Shown: in pieces, positions 28,471 to 50,800 of the stretch
How the letters are laid out: each line of letters opens with the position of its first letter
Position numbering within the stretch: the first letter of the stretch is position 1
DNA from: Eledone cirrhosa
Lineage: Eukaryota
Length of the DNA stretch: 64,000 nucleotides
Direction of reading: 5' to 3'
Assembly (NCBI GenBank): GCA_964016885.1
Contig: OZ024747.1
Coordinates: 68,076,001-68,140,000, forward strand
Program-made: the position numbers and the translations under genes
Notes under the pieces: model-generated
The model's database searches: none
Told to the model about the DNA's origin: nothing
The model's input: only the letters and a program-made list of their open reading frames with translations

Positions 28471-29569
28471 CACGCTTACAAATACAAATAATAATAGTAG
28501 GGGGGAAAGGGGGGGGGGAGAAGGGGATTATAGTAAATATATGTTTCAAGAAACATAGAATATTAATCTGTATTTGGATCTCAATATGTGTTTACATAGT
28601 TTCAGTATTAGGAAATGCAAGAAAGAAGGCAAAATTATGCATTTCAATATAAGTATACCATTAATTATAGGTTAACTAAACTAAAGATAGTTAATATATT
28701 GATTTCTAAGGTGTAAATTACTTAGGTTTATAATATTTGAAGCAGAATTTTGAAGTTAAATAGTAGTAGAGTATTAATTATAGTATAACTAAATTAAAAT
28801 TATTAACGTTATGGTATCAATTTTAGGAAATGAATTTAGTAATAGGGAAAAAACAAATAAAGTATTACATCGGTAGTAGAATATAAATTATAGGTTAACT
28901 AAATTAAAAATTATATATTAATTTCTATAGTATATGTTAATTAGGTATATAATAAATAAAACAGATATTGTATTTTATCAATAGTAGAATATAATTATAT
29001 GTAAACAGAAATTAAAATTAATACATACACATATACATATACATACATATATATATACACATATATATACATACATACACATACACATATATACATACAT
29101 ATACATATTTTTTCAAAAATTGCAAAGAATATATTAACTAGGTATACATCCAAAACCCATCCCATTCTATGATTACATGACACTCTGCAATCCGTCTGTA
29201 TTAGGATACTAATTTTAAGCCAATTAAATTAAATTTTTAGGTTGACCAAATTTAAAACCAAATTATAAATATATTTCTAAAATGTATATTAATTAGGTCT
29301 ATAATACTAAAAATTATTTCTCTGTCATTGAATACACGATATTTTGTTATATTTTATCTGTAAAGGAATTTTAATAAAGGGTTAAATAAATTAAAATTAA
29401 TCTATAAATTAAATTACTAAGTATATATTAGTAATATTTAAAGGTTTTTCACAATTTATGATTACACAATATTTTATATTCTCATCTGTAGTAGAATTTT
29501 AATTAAATTAAATTTATAGGTTAACTAACATTTAAATTAAATTATATATTAATTTCTAAAATAATGTTA

Positions 29570-31493
29570 TTAATTAGGTTTATAATATTTAAATGTTTTT
29601 TTTAGTTTATGATTACACGATATAATTAATTCCTGTCGTTTATTTAATAGGATATCCTTAGATTTCATTATTTCAAATAGTTCTTGGGAACATAATCTAC
29701 ATTCATTTCTATTATTTTGATAAGGGGTGGCTCTTTTGAGCACACTCCAGGTCAAATCATATTCTATATTCTTATTTTTATAACTATTGATTTTTTCTGC
29801 TAGAGATGTTGTATTAGCCAGTGCGGCATTTTTAAAACTATGTTTGTGGGTATTAAACCTTGTCTTAAAATTGTTAGAAGTAGCTCCTATATATGAGCAA
29901 ATAGAATCTTTAGTTTTAACATTACATTTATAAACTATGTTGTTAACAAGACAATTTCCTTTTAATGGGCAGTTTGCTTTGTTTCTACAGTTACAACCTT
30001 TCGTTAATTCTGTATTTGAGGAGATATTATGGTTAGTTTGATGTATTGGTGGTATACTTATGGTTTTCTTACATTTATATGCATTATAGGCACTTATATT
30101 TTGTTTTATGTTATTTGTTGTTGAGTATGAGAATTTAACTGTAGACCTATTTAAGATTTGATGGTATTTGTGGTTTGGCGGGAAGTTTTTCTCTAGGATA
30201 TAAAAAAATTTTTTAGCAATATTATCCTTAATTTGTAAATTAAATGGAGCATTATACCAAGTAACCCGTCTATTACGGTTTCTATGTTGTTTATTATTTT
30301 TATTATTTTTATAGGTTGTATCGTGATGTTTACTAGGAGGATTAATGTTAATGATCTCACCACAACCATTTTTAGTTATATTTGTAGATTTAGGTGTTTT
30401 ATCTTTTTTATTAGGAGTTTTATTATTAATATTTATTAGAGTTGTATGATGAGTAGTTTTTTGAGAGTTACTATATTTTATATTAGAAGATTTGGTATTT
30501 TGGGGTATAGTGTGGGTGGCATTTAGGTGTGTACTTTTCATTTGGTGTTTGTTGGTAATATTAGGTTGTATGTTTTTAGTATTTTTAGTAGAAGGTATAT
30601 ATTCTAATCTATTTTTGTGGCCACTTCTATCTAGAGCTTCGTTATAGAAGGTCGCATTTTTATCAAATACATCTTGGTTAGAAGAAAGAAGAAAGGTTAG
30701 AAATTCTAAGTGATATATTATATGCAAGGTTTTTAAGGATAGATTTAGGGTGATTAGATTGTGAGTGTATGTAATGTAAGTTTTGGTTGGGTTTATGGTA
30801 AGGTTGGTAGATACCCGTAGCTAAGTCTAAAGTTATATCTAGGAAATTTACTACTTTACTTGTTTTTTCAAAAGTAATATGAAGACTATAATAGTCTTTA
30901 AGGAAAGTTCTAATATGCTTTTTGTTTTTTTCTATTTCTGAAAGGCTAAGGTTGTTGGAAAGAAGAAGACAGTCATCACGATATAAACCACCTTTAAGGT
31001 GGGGAAAGGAGGCATTTATGTTGAAAAGGAGAAAGAGGCCCACAAGATCAGTAATTTGGGCGGAATCGCTTGAACCCATAGTAATATCAAATAGATTACT
31101 ATATGTGTTTCTGGTCCAGTATTCATTCTGAAATTCAATAAGTGTTAGTCTAGCATGTGTAATAATATTAATGTCATCCAAAGTTAAGTTAGATCTATTT
31201 TTAGCAAATATCAATGCTTTGTTCAGGAGTATAGGTGATATAGAAGAATAGTAATTATCTATATCAAATTGTAGAAATGAAGCAGAAGATTTACATCTAA
31301 TATTTTTAAACCAGTTAATTACCTGGGAAGTGTTTTCCCAGAGTGGTAAAATAACGTGTTTTCTTATTTGTGGGATGACTCTATCCAAAATTTTTTTGCT
31401 AATTATTCCAATATCTGATTTGGAGGGACATATAAGTCTTATAGAAGGATTTGAGTTAAAGTTTGATTTATGATCCTTCAGGTTGAAGTAATG
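29570..31493 (-). mobile_element. Penelope-like retroelement (Naiad-type) RT + GIY-YIG, 5' truncated, one frameshift near 30690
   Basis: [45 protein letters not shown]; CNCRNKANC (CxCx5C); IVYKC...YIGAT...FKTRFNTH; CRLC. Confidence 0.9.
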
Positions 31494-33429
<1,936 letters not shown>

Positions 33430-35821
33430 TGAACTTAATCCTTAAAATTAAATTCAAAGGACGCAACACCAACAGCAAATTACAGAAAGATATAAAAAAA
33501 CTACTGGACGACCTTAAAAACACCAAAGGAATTGTAGTAAAAGCGGACAAAACATCAAACCTATACACTATGGATTGCACTACATACCACAACTTCATTC
33601 GAAAAGAATTACATAAAAAATATAGAAAAACGAGTGAAGTAACCCTTAAGCACATCAATGATGAGGCATGCGAAATAGTGAAAAATCTCGGAATCGAAGA
33701 TGACAGGACCACTCTTACCGGCGGTACCCACCTTCAATCTTAAGGACCACAAGGTAAACTTTGATAATGACCCTAAAATTAGATTAATCTGCCCCTCTAA
33801 ATCAGATATAGGTAAAATAAGCAAATATATCTTAGATAGAATCATCCCCCAAATTAAGGCTAAGGTTAACATTAAACTCTGGGGGAAGACCCAAGAAGCA
33901 ATAAGATGGTTTAATAGCATTAGCAATAAGAATAAATCTAAGTTTATCCAGTTTGATATCGATGAATATTACTCATCGATATCACCTGAAACTTTGAATA
34001 GAGCCATTAAGTTTGCTAAGGATAACTCTGACCTTACAAACGATGAAATTAAGATTATATTAGAAGCTAGGAAAACTATAGTCAAATTTGAGAACAGTTA
34101 TTGGGTACGTAAAGATAGACCCTCTAACTTTGACATAACAATGGGCTCTAACGATTCGGCGGAAATAACTGATATTGTGGGGTTATTTATCGCCTTTAGA
34201 CTCCAGGAAAAATTCAGCAATCTCCACGGCGGAATATACCGCGACGATGTTCTCCTCCTAGCTAAAAACCTTAATAACCAAAAACTAGAAAAACTACGCA
34301 AAGATATAAGAAAACTACTACTCGAAATAGGACTAACTATAACATATGAATACAACCTTAAAGTAGTTAACTTCCTGGATGTCACACTCAATTTAAACTC
34401 TGGTTTGATTAAACCGTTTCATAAATTGAATGAAAATCTCAAATACGTAAATGTTGGGTCTAACCACCCCATCTCTATAATTAAATCTATCCCTAAAAAT
34501 ATTTCCCTTAGAATCTCGGGTCTATCTTCTAACATACAAGTATTTAAGGAACACGCCGAGTACTACGATAACGCCCTTAGTAAAGCAGGCTACCTCAACA
34601 AAATAGAGTACATAGATGGGAACAATCAAAACACCCAAAATAAATCCCACATAGGTAGATATAATAACACAACACCAAACCACACTTACTACCATAGTAT
34701 GCACACCAGTAAACCAACAAACAAAACTAATAGAAAGCGATGCAAAGAGTACTTATGGTATAACCCCGAATACAATAGCTCCATTAGTACAAATTTACCA
34801 GTACTCTTCTTTAAAATAATTAAAAGACATTTTCCCACATCACACAAATACCACAAAATCCTAAACCCTACCACTATAAGACTGTCATACTCTACAGCGT
34901 TAAACCTTGAACAACACATAAAAAAGATCAATACTAGAAGGTTAAACGAAAACACTAAGAACTTAAGTACAAAGAACTCAAAAAAAAACAGTAGACAATA
35001 CACTACAGAACATAAATAAACCACACCTAAGTTCGTCCGCAATACTACTCCAGAGAAAACCCAACGTACACAACTGTAACTGCACCTATCCTGACAACTG
35101 CCCCCTCGGCAATAACTGCCTGGAAAAAAATATTATTTATAAGTGTACCATTAAATCCAGAGGCAACGAGTGGTATTACGTGGGATCAACGGCAACATCG
35201 TTTAAATCTCGATTGTATAGGCATTCTTACTCAATAAAACACCAGAGCCAAAGAAATGTAACAACTTTAGCAGAAAAAGCTTGGACGCTCAGGGATAGCA
35301 ATCAAAAGTTTACCCTAAAATGGGAAAAATTAGCTAAAACCCAAAGCTTTTCCAGGAGCCAAAATTTCTGCAAATTGTGTAATTTTGAGATTTATTACAT
35401 AATCACACACAAGAAGAAACTGCTGAATAACAGAATTGAACGAACATTATTCTGCCGTCACAGAACTAAAACCCTTTTTTCCCACTACAAGCCGAATATT
35501 ACATAAAAGAGGGACATCCCCCAACTATATAAACCTTAATCTAGTTAGAAAAATATAAAAACAATCTCTTCTCAACATATATTAATAACCTTAAATTACC
35601 ATACTAATAATGAAAAGATATGCTGATGAGAATAGGTACAAATATGCGATAATGAATGTGTCTAAAAACGTCCATAAGTATGTATATATATGTGAAAATG
35701 TATATAAATAAGTAAATATATATATATGTTTGATGTGTATAGTTAGATGTAAGTGTATTCATGTATTAAAGTGCTTATATATATATATATATGTATATGT
35801 GTGTGTATGTATATATGTGTA

Positions 35822-35878
<57 letters not shown>

Positions 35879-36598
35879 GTGTATGTATGTATGTGTATAT
35901 GGATGTGTATGTATGTGTATGTGTGTACACATGGACTAGAGTATGTATGTATATATGTGTGTGTCTATACGTGTGTATATAAAGATAAGTTGAGTATGAA
36001 AATGTATACACATGAGCGCGTATGTATGTACATGAATACATGTGTGTATATATATGTGTATGCATGTGTATATATATGTAAGTATGAATATGTGAATTGT
36101 GAGTATATGTATTTTGTAGAGGTGTGCAAATATATTTGTGTGTGAATGCGTGGGTGAAAGGATACATACACTTGAAAGAAAAATTTAAGTCTGAATGTTA
36201 ATTAAGTGCAAACACAAAACCAACCAAGCATATCTTTACTATCTCTAATCCTTCTATAGATTTAGAAAAATAACCAATAATATATTCTATAAAAAATGTC
36301 AAAACAACAGATGGGAATCTAATTACTCACTGCCACCAAGAATTCTCACTGCTATCGAAAAACCACTCCTTCAACTATTCTTCTAACAACTTCACCCCTC
36401 CCTCCTAATATTCTCTATAAAAACTAAATAGGTCCTCAGTAATATTATTCTGATGAAATGACAGTAAATAATAACATTGAAATATTGAATGTCTGCATAA
36501 CTAAAAGTTTGTAGATAGCTGTTTTAGGTTATGTAACTGTTATAGAAACACGTGTCAATAAATTCCTTTCTACTAAACTGTATCCATTCAAATCTTTC
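33430..36598 (+). mobile_element. Penelope-like retroelement (Naiad-type), 5' truncated; coding part 33430-35506 with frameshifts near 33710 and 34985, then 3' region with hammerhead
   Basis: KADKTSN, QFDIDEYYSSI, DITMGSNDSAE, GGIYRDD, CNCTYPDNCPL, IIYKC...YVGST, FKSRLYRH, CKLC. Confidence 0.88.
36445..36561 (+). ncRNA. Type I hammerhead ribozyme with extended stem II
   Basis: UUAUU-CUGAUGA(36450-56)-a-AUGACAGU...ACUGUUAU-a-GAAA(36545-48)-CACGUG-UC^AAUAA. Confidence 0.8.
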
Positions 36599-41848
<5,250 letters not shown>

Positions 41849-42293
41849 TAGAAAGTGAGGTTTTTTTTACAAAATGAAAAATAACCGAGGTGTCCTACAC
41901 GAGTGAAAGTATAAAGAAAAAGAGATGAAATCGAAAATGCAACTGGAATCTTATTTTTTTTGAAAATATATATATTTATTTGGTTCCTTTACCGGTTTCG
42001 CAGTTCTTCTGCTTTTCAAAAGGTGAGTTGAGATGGAGGTCTGTGGTTTTTCTCACATCTGGTTGGTCTCTGAATGTGACTTGTTTTATATGGAAAAAGT
42101 GACTCGAAATGCCAGGTTTTTCGAGAAGTAATTTGATTGGTTTGTCAATAATTACAATAAATTTCATGCCAGTTCGCGTTACAATAGTTCTTCAAATAAG
42201 AGAGAGGGGGGGGGGTTGTCACAGGTTGTTTTTTCATATATGAGTGTTTGAATTTCTTTTTACTTGAAAAAAGGAGGCTCACAAAGGCTTTTA
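41849..42293 (-). mobile_element. Solo Penelope-type pseudo-LTR / non-autonomous fragment in a TA array
   Basis: Unique island between TA tracts that contains a minimal hammerhead on the minus strand. Confidence 0.6.
41986..42023 (-). ncRNA. Minimal type I hammerhead ribozyme, U3-A8 core variant
   Basis: Minus strand: CCUU-UUGAAAA-GCAG-aagaa-CUGC-GAAA-CCGG-UA^AAGG. Stems I and II are perfect; stem III is the palindrome CCGG. Confidence 0.85.
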
Positions 42294-42486
42294 CATATAC
42301 ATATATATACATATATATATACATATATACATATATATATATACATATATATATATACATATATATACATATATATATACATATATACATATATACATAT
42401 ATATATACATATATATATACATATATATATACATATATATATATACATACATATATACATATATATATACATATATACATATACAT

Positions 42487-44497
42487 AGAGATTAAAAAAC
42501 TATTAAAAAATCATCACTAGAGATTAAAAAACATAACCTCCAAAACAACATAATGTCCCTCATCAACAATCAGAGAAGAGCCTGAAGAGGCCTGGGCCAT
42601 TGAGAAGATCAAACTCAATCCCAAAGTGTTCTTTTCATTTGCAAAAAAACACAAAATCACTGGCTCTACTGTTGGCCCTCTAATTGATGAAAATGGCACT
42701 CTTCAAGACAATGCTAAAACCATGGGTGAGATACTGCAGAAACAATACTGCTCTGTTTTCAGCAATCCTGATATGGCCGATCTGGGCTGTATCGGCGATG
42801 TTACTCCCCATTACACCTTATCGGACATAACGTTTGGCGCCCTTGATGTCTTGGCGGCAATAAAGGAAATCAAGCATAATTCAGCAGTAGGTCCCGATAG
42901 GTTCCCTGCTTGTGTCTTGAAGGCGTGTCAACACCAACTTGCTTCTCCTCTTGCCAATCTGTGGCGGAACTCACTGGATGCTGGATATGTGCCAGAAAAC
43001 CTTCTATCCCAGTCTGTTGTCCCAGTTTTCAAAAAGGGAAACAAATCCCTTGCCGTGAATTACCGTCCAATCTCACTCACCTCTCATATCATTAAGGTAT
43101 TTGAGCGAGTGGTGAGATCGCGAATGACCCACTTCCTTGAGAGTAACAATATGCTGAACTCCAACCAGCATGGATTCCGTAATGGAAGGGATTGCCTGAC
43201 GCAACTACTGCATCACTTTGATGACATTTTGAGAGCCTTGGGAGAGGGTTCCAACACTGATGTTATCTACCTTGATTTCAGCAAGGCCTTTGACAGGGTT
43301 GATCATAACATTCTACTGAGAAAGCTGTCCAATATTGGTGTCACTGGAAAGCTGCTGCAGTGGATCAAGAGCTTCCTGTCAAACAGAACCCAACATGTTG
43401 TAGTTGAGGGAGTCAAATCAAGCCCAGCCAAAGTCAGTAGTGGAGTCCCACAAGGCACTGTGTTGGGCCCACTTCTCTTCATCATCTATATTAATGACAT
43501 CACTGACATCATCAAACACAGCAACATTAAAATTTTCGCTGATGATTCCAAGCTCCAAAAGGTCATCAATGGCGTGGATGACCGGATAAGCCTTCAGTCA
43601 GACCTACTGGCTGTTACCCAATGGGCAGAAAAGAACAACATGTTACTGAACGAAGACAAATTCGAACTGATCCACTTTGGAAAAGAGGATGCTCTGAAAC
43701 TCCCGTACTCCCTTCCCTCCGGGGAAACTCTTGTGGCATCTAACAACATCAGAGACTTGGGAGTAACCGTGGACAGCAACATAAGCTGGACCACGCATAT
43801 AAGCAGCAAAGTTGACATGGCCCGCAGAATGTGTTCCTGGATCCTCAGAACCTTCCAGTCGAGAGATTCCCGCACCATTATCCTTCTCTTCTCTACTTTC
43901 GCCCGACCACACCTTGAATACTGTTGTCCACTGTGGTCTCCCCACACGAAACAAAGTATCATGAAACTTGAAGCTCCTCAAAGGGCAATCACGAAAAAGA
44001 CAGATGGCATGTCAGACCTTGACTACTGGGGTCGATTGGAAAACCTGAAACTTTACTCACTCCAACGTCGCCGTGAGCGTTATATTATCTGCATGATGTG
44101 GAAAATGTTCCATCATCACTGCCCAAATGATGTTGGCATCGCCTTCAAGATACACCAAGGCTTGGGCCCCGTGCTATCCGTCCCATTCAAAAATCTAAAT
44201 CGCAACTCATAACAACAATACGGCACAATTATTTCACCTCAATCGGCCCTGCTCTCTTCAACATCACACCAGGACACGTCAAAACAGAAACTGACCACAC
44301 AAAATTCAAGAAGTCTTTGGACAAATTCCTCCAAGTAATCCCGGACAAACCACCCACACCCGGATATGTCTCCGCAAACAGTAATTCTCTTCTCGAATGG
44401 GCCATGGTGCCCAAATCCTGAATTGAAAGACTTCGCCAGGTGGTGCTATTAAGTTAGACATGGCCTGGGCCAATACTGGCCAAAACATTTCAAAGTT
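42487..44497 (+). mobile_element. CR1-group LINE, 5' truncated (RT ORF 42626..44212, frameshift near the C-terminus)
   Basis: IKLNPKVFF, NYRPISLTS, QHGFR, YLDFSKAFD, GVPQGTVLGP, FADD, RDLGV, RPHLEYC; no endonuclease domain. Confidence 0.92.
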
Positions 44498-44791
44498 ATA
44501 CATATATATATACATACATACATATATATACATATATATATATACATATATATATACATACATATATATATATATATACATATATATATACATACATATA
44601 TATATATATATATACATATATATATACATACATATACATATATATATACATACATATATCTATATATACATACATATATCTATATATACATACATACATA
44701 TATATATACATATATATATATATACATACATACATATATATATATACATACATACATATATATATACATATATATATATATACATACATAC

Positions 44792-44826
<35 letters not shown>

Positions 44827-44872
44827 CATACATACATACATATATATATACATATTATATACATACATACAC

Positions 44873-44908
<36 letters not shown>

Positions 44909-45122
44909 ATACATACATATACATACATACATATATATATACATACATACATATATACATACATACATATATATATACATATATATATACATACATACAT
45001 ATATATATACATACATACATATATACATATATATATACATACATACATATATATATACATATATATATATACATACATATATATATACATATATATATAT
45101 ACATACATATATATATACATAT

Positions 45123-45728
45123 ATGGTGGCTGCCAACTCGTTTTCGAGTACGGCCACTACTTTATATCCATGTAGGAGAACCCCTACTGATGCGCTGAAC
45201 GAGTGTGACTTTTTAGTCCAGCCAGCGACTTGAAAGCTCTGGTACAAACACTACACTTGTGACAATTATTGACACATAGTGCTGGGCCCATGGTACCATG
45301 TCACGACAAGTGCAGAGAGATCTCCAGATATAAAGCAATGCCTGTGCTGTGAAGCTTTTATAGTGAGCAAAGGCACTGCACAAAGCCAGTCCCACTCTCT
45401 TAACCAAGATGATATTTACCAAAAAGAAGAACAAGTCAACATCATTGGATACCATCAGGGTTGCAGGTGTTATATCAGAGTTTTCCTTCTCCTAGAACTC
45501 TGCCTTGAGAAAGGCTAAGGGGTCATCTCTCCCAGTGATTTTAGATGGCCATTGACTCTTAAGAGCTCCTTTGCCTTTTGACAGGTTTTGTTTTTAGTCC
45601 TGCAGGATGTCCAAAGTCACCCTCCTCACCAAGAAACCTTGGTGGGGTTGCCAGTTTAGTCGCCAACGACCCGACCATGGGACAGGTTGTACTGGAATAC
45701 ATGTTACCAGTAGCACCAACTGGTGACC
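45123..45728 (-). mobile_element. ~600-bp non-coding retroelement, copy 3
   Basis: Near-identical to 15567-16173, same orientation, in a CATA/TA array. Confidence 0.8.
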
Positions 45729-45756
45729 ATACATATATATATATATATATACATAC

Positions 45757-45787
<31 letters not shown>

Positions 45788-45792
45788 CATAC

Positions 45793-45823
<31 letters not shown>

Positions 45824-45828
45824 CATAC

Positions 45829-45859
<31 letters not shown>

Positions 45860-45864
45860 CATAC

Positions 45865-45909
<45 letters not shown>

Positions 45910-46102
45910 CATATATATATATACATATATATATATACATATATATATACATATATATATATACATATATATATATACATATATATATATACATATATAT
46001 ATATACATATATATATATACATATATATATATATACATATACATATATATATATACATATATATATATACATATACATATATATACATATATATACATAT
46101 AC

Positions 46103-46185
<83 letters not shown>

Positions 46186-46202
46186 CATATATATACATAT
46201 AC

Positions 46203-46235
<33 letters not shown>

Positions 46236-46368
46236 CATATATATACATATACATATATATACATATATATACATATACATATATATACATATATATATAT
46301 ATACATACATATATATATACATATACATATATATATATATACATATATATACATATACATATATATAC

Positions 46369-46399
<31 letters not shown>

Positions 46400-46406
46400 C
46401 ATATAC

Positions 46407-46521
<115 letters not shown>

Positions 46522-46597
46522 CATATATATATACATATATATATACATATATATATATACATATATATATATGTATATATATATGTATATATATATG

Positions 46598-46653
<56 letters not shown>

Positions 46654-46697
46654 CATATATATATACATATATACATATATATATACATATATATACA

Positions 46698-46733
<36 letters not shown>

Positions 46734-46879
46734 CATATATATATACATATATATACATATATATATATACATATATATATATATACATATATATATATAC
46801 ATATATATATATATACATATATATATACATATATATATATACATATATATATATATACATATATATATACATATACATA

Positions 46880-46913
<34 letters not shown>

Positions 46914-46935
46914 CATATATATATACATATACATA

Positions 46936-46971
<36 letters not shown>

Positions 46972-46984
46972 CATATATATATAC

Positions 46985-47019
<35 letters not shown>

Positions 47020-47032
47020 CATATATATATAC

Positions 47033-47069
<37 letters not shown>

Positions 47070-47095
47070 CATATATATATACAAATATATATACA

Positions 47096-47195
<100 letters not shown>

Positions 47196-47254
47196 CATAT
47201 ATATATACATATATACATATATATATACATATATATATATACATATATATATAC

Positions 47255-47481
<227 letters not shown>

Positions 47482-47500
47482 CATATATGTATATATATAC

Positions 47501-47572
<72 letters not shown>

Positions 47573-47867
47573 CATCATCATCACCGTTTTACGTCCGTTC
47601 TTCCACGCTAGCATGGGTTAGACGGGTTGTCCTGTTGTGGGCAGTGTCTGGTCGGCTGACCATGCCTTGCTCATACAGGAACTGATCTGGCTTGATTTCT
47701 ACAGCTGGATGCCCTTCCTAACACCAACCTCATTTACAGTGAGTGCTGGGTGCTTTTTCGTGGCGCCTACACGTCCACTTTACAGTGTGGGCTGGGTGCT
47801 TTTTTGCCGTGGCACCTCCACGACCACCTTGCGGTGGGGGGGGGGGGGGGCATATTGTTTATATGCT

Positions 47868-50800
47868 TCAGCATGTACCCATGGGAGGTCGGGTACCCTG
47901 TATTACTGCGTGACGCCAGAAGTCACGGTCGTGTGTCATTGACTTTGAGAGGTGTAGTTGGGTAAGGTCGGCTTTTATCACCTCATCCCAAGTCATCTTG
48001 GGTCTCCCCACTCCGCGGTTTCCATCAACTTCTAGTGCTCTGCACCTTTTTATGCAGCTGTCATCCTTCATACGCATCACATGTCCATACCAGCGTAACC
48101 GCCTCTCCTGCACGCAGCATTTGATTCCTCTTATGCTCAGTCTCTCTCTCAATTCATTTATGCTTTGTCGTTCACGTATATTACTGTTACACATCCATCG
48201 GAGCATGCAGGCTTCGTTTCTCTCTAATCTACGTAAGTCTTCCACCTTCAGCGCCCAGGTCTCACTACCATGCAACATCGCTGTTCGGATACACGCATCA
48301 TACAGTCTGCCTTTCATTCTGAGGGAGAAGCCTTTTGCAGCTAGCAGTGGTAGTAGTTCCCTAAACTTCTTCCATCCCGTTCTTACCCTAGTTATTGTAC
48401 TTTCTGAGCACCCACCTCCGTTGCTAATTCGGTCACCTAGGTAGCAGAAGCTGTCTACTGTTTCTACAGGGCCCTCCCAGAGATTGGTGGTACTTGTTTC
48501 CTGTGGCTGTTTGCTTGCTGTTTCAGCACAGCTGCTGCATGTGAATCCTACATTCTTAATTAAGCTTCCTGAGATCCCGCTACATCTCTTGTGTACCCAT
48601 TGTTTGCATTTGGGGCAAAGAATGGAGTTCCTACCTACACCTTTCCTACATACTGAGCAAGGCCATTTCCCTGAGGGGATCTGGGTTCTGTTTTCTCGTC
48701 TACTTATAAGGACCTTAGTCTTTGTCATGTTGACTTTGAGGCCCTTTCTCTCTAGTCCCTGCTTCCAGGTTTGGAATTTATTCTCTAGTTCTACCATAGA
48801 TTCAGCTATGAGTGCGAGGTCATCAGCATACAGGAGTTCCCATGGGCATCCGGTCTTAAACTCCTCCGTTATTGCCTGCAGGACTATGATGAACAGGAGA
48901 GGGCTAAGAACAGAGCCCTGGTGGACCCCAACCTGTACGCTAAATTCCTCGCTATACTCATTGCCAATCCTAACTTTGCTGACTGCTCCCCTATACATGG
49001 CTTGTACCGCTTTCACAAGCCATTCATCTACTCCTAGTTTTCTAAGAGCCCACCAGATTACTGCACGTGGAACTCTGTCAAAGGCTTTCTCAAGGTCGAC
49101 AAATGCCAAGTAGAGTGGCTTACTTTTAGCTAGGTACTTTTCCTGTAATTGCCTCACAAGGAAGAGCGCATCAGTGGTGCCTTTCCCTGGAACAAACCCA
49201 AATTGCATCTCGTCTATATTCACCCGGTCCCTAATCAGCTGTGCTATAACTCTTTCTGTTACTTTCATGACCTGGTCCATCAACTTTATACCTCTATAGT
49301 TTCCTCTATCTAGTGCATCGCCTTTACCTTTGTAGCAGTTGACAATGATGCTACTGCACCAATCTTTTGGTATGGCCCCCTCTAGTATTACCTGGTTAAC
49401 GATACGTGTGGTTATAGTGTGACCTACAGACCCAGATGCCTTCAGCATCTCGGCAGCTATACCCGATGGACCGGTTGCCTTCCCTATCTTCATATCTCTG
49501 ATTGCCTTACTTACTACGCTGCCGCTGACTTGTACTGCTGGTCCCTCTATAGGGTCTACGTGGGGTAGGGTCTCTTCTTCCCATGCATTCTCCTCATTTA
49601 GTAATCTATCATAATGACTCTTCCATGCATCTTTCTTCTCAGCACTTGTGAGGGCAAGCTCACCTTTATCATTCCGGATACACTTCTCTCCAATGACATC
49701 ACAACTATCTCTGACACACTGCCTCGCAATCTTGAATACCTCCTGTTTCTGGTCCTCACGTTGTAAAACATGCTTGAATTTTCTATCCTCTGCTTCCCTC
49801 CTAGCTAAGTATACTTGTCGCCTAGCTTCCCTCTTGGTCTCTATGTAATGTACCCTGCTCCCCCCGTTCTTCCATTCTTTCCATGCCTGTCTCTTGGCCT
49901 TGACTGCTTCATCTACCTTATTGTTCCACCACCAAGTCACTCTCCTCCTGCTTGAGGTCTTACTCCAGCCACAAACCTCATCTGTCGCCTCTAGTAAGTT
50001 ATTTTTTAGGAACTCCCAGTTCTCTTCTACGTTAAATGTCTCTATCTGTTCTTCTTTACTGTCGTAGGCGTTGAGTAAAATATCTTTAAATCTGTTACTG
50101 GTTGAGGGGACTTTCAGCTTCCAGATCTTTCTTCTCCAGGTTGGCCTCTGTTTCAGGGCTCGTCTAGTTCTGACCGTGAGGTCGCTGACAACTAAGCTAT
50201 GTTGGGATGTACATTCCTCACTAGGGAAGGCTTTTGTGTTTACGACCGTCCATCTGTCACGTCCTCTGATGAGGATAAAATCTAACTGACTAGAGTGCTC
50301 CCCTGATCTATAGGTGATCAGGTGGTTGTCGGGTTTTTTAAAGTTTGTGTTACATATCGACATGTCATTGGCGTCGCAGAATTCTAGAAGTCTGAATCCT
50401 TCCTCATTCCTTGTGCCAACTCCATGGCCTCCATGTACTCTATTGAAGCCGTCGCAGTGTTTACCTACGTGTCCGTTAAAATCTCCTGCAATGATTAGGA
50501 AGTCCTTGTCGTCTGTTAGAGCAGTAGTGTGTATTAGGGACTCGTAAAACCTATCCTTAAGTTCGTCTGGCAGCCCCGATTGGGGTGCGTAAGCTGATAT
50601 TATTGTGGTAATTGTCTTATTCAGGACTAGTCTGAGTTTAATGATTCTTGCATTTACCCTGTACACTGAGATTACTTTATCTACCCACTTGTCAGCTAAT
50701 AGTATACCTACACCACCCATCCCATCGTCATTTCCCACCCAGAAAAATTTGTAGCACTGGCTTTTTCCTACAAGGACTCTAGCAGACCCTCCTCTCCATC

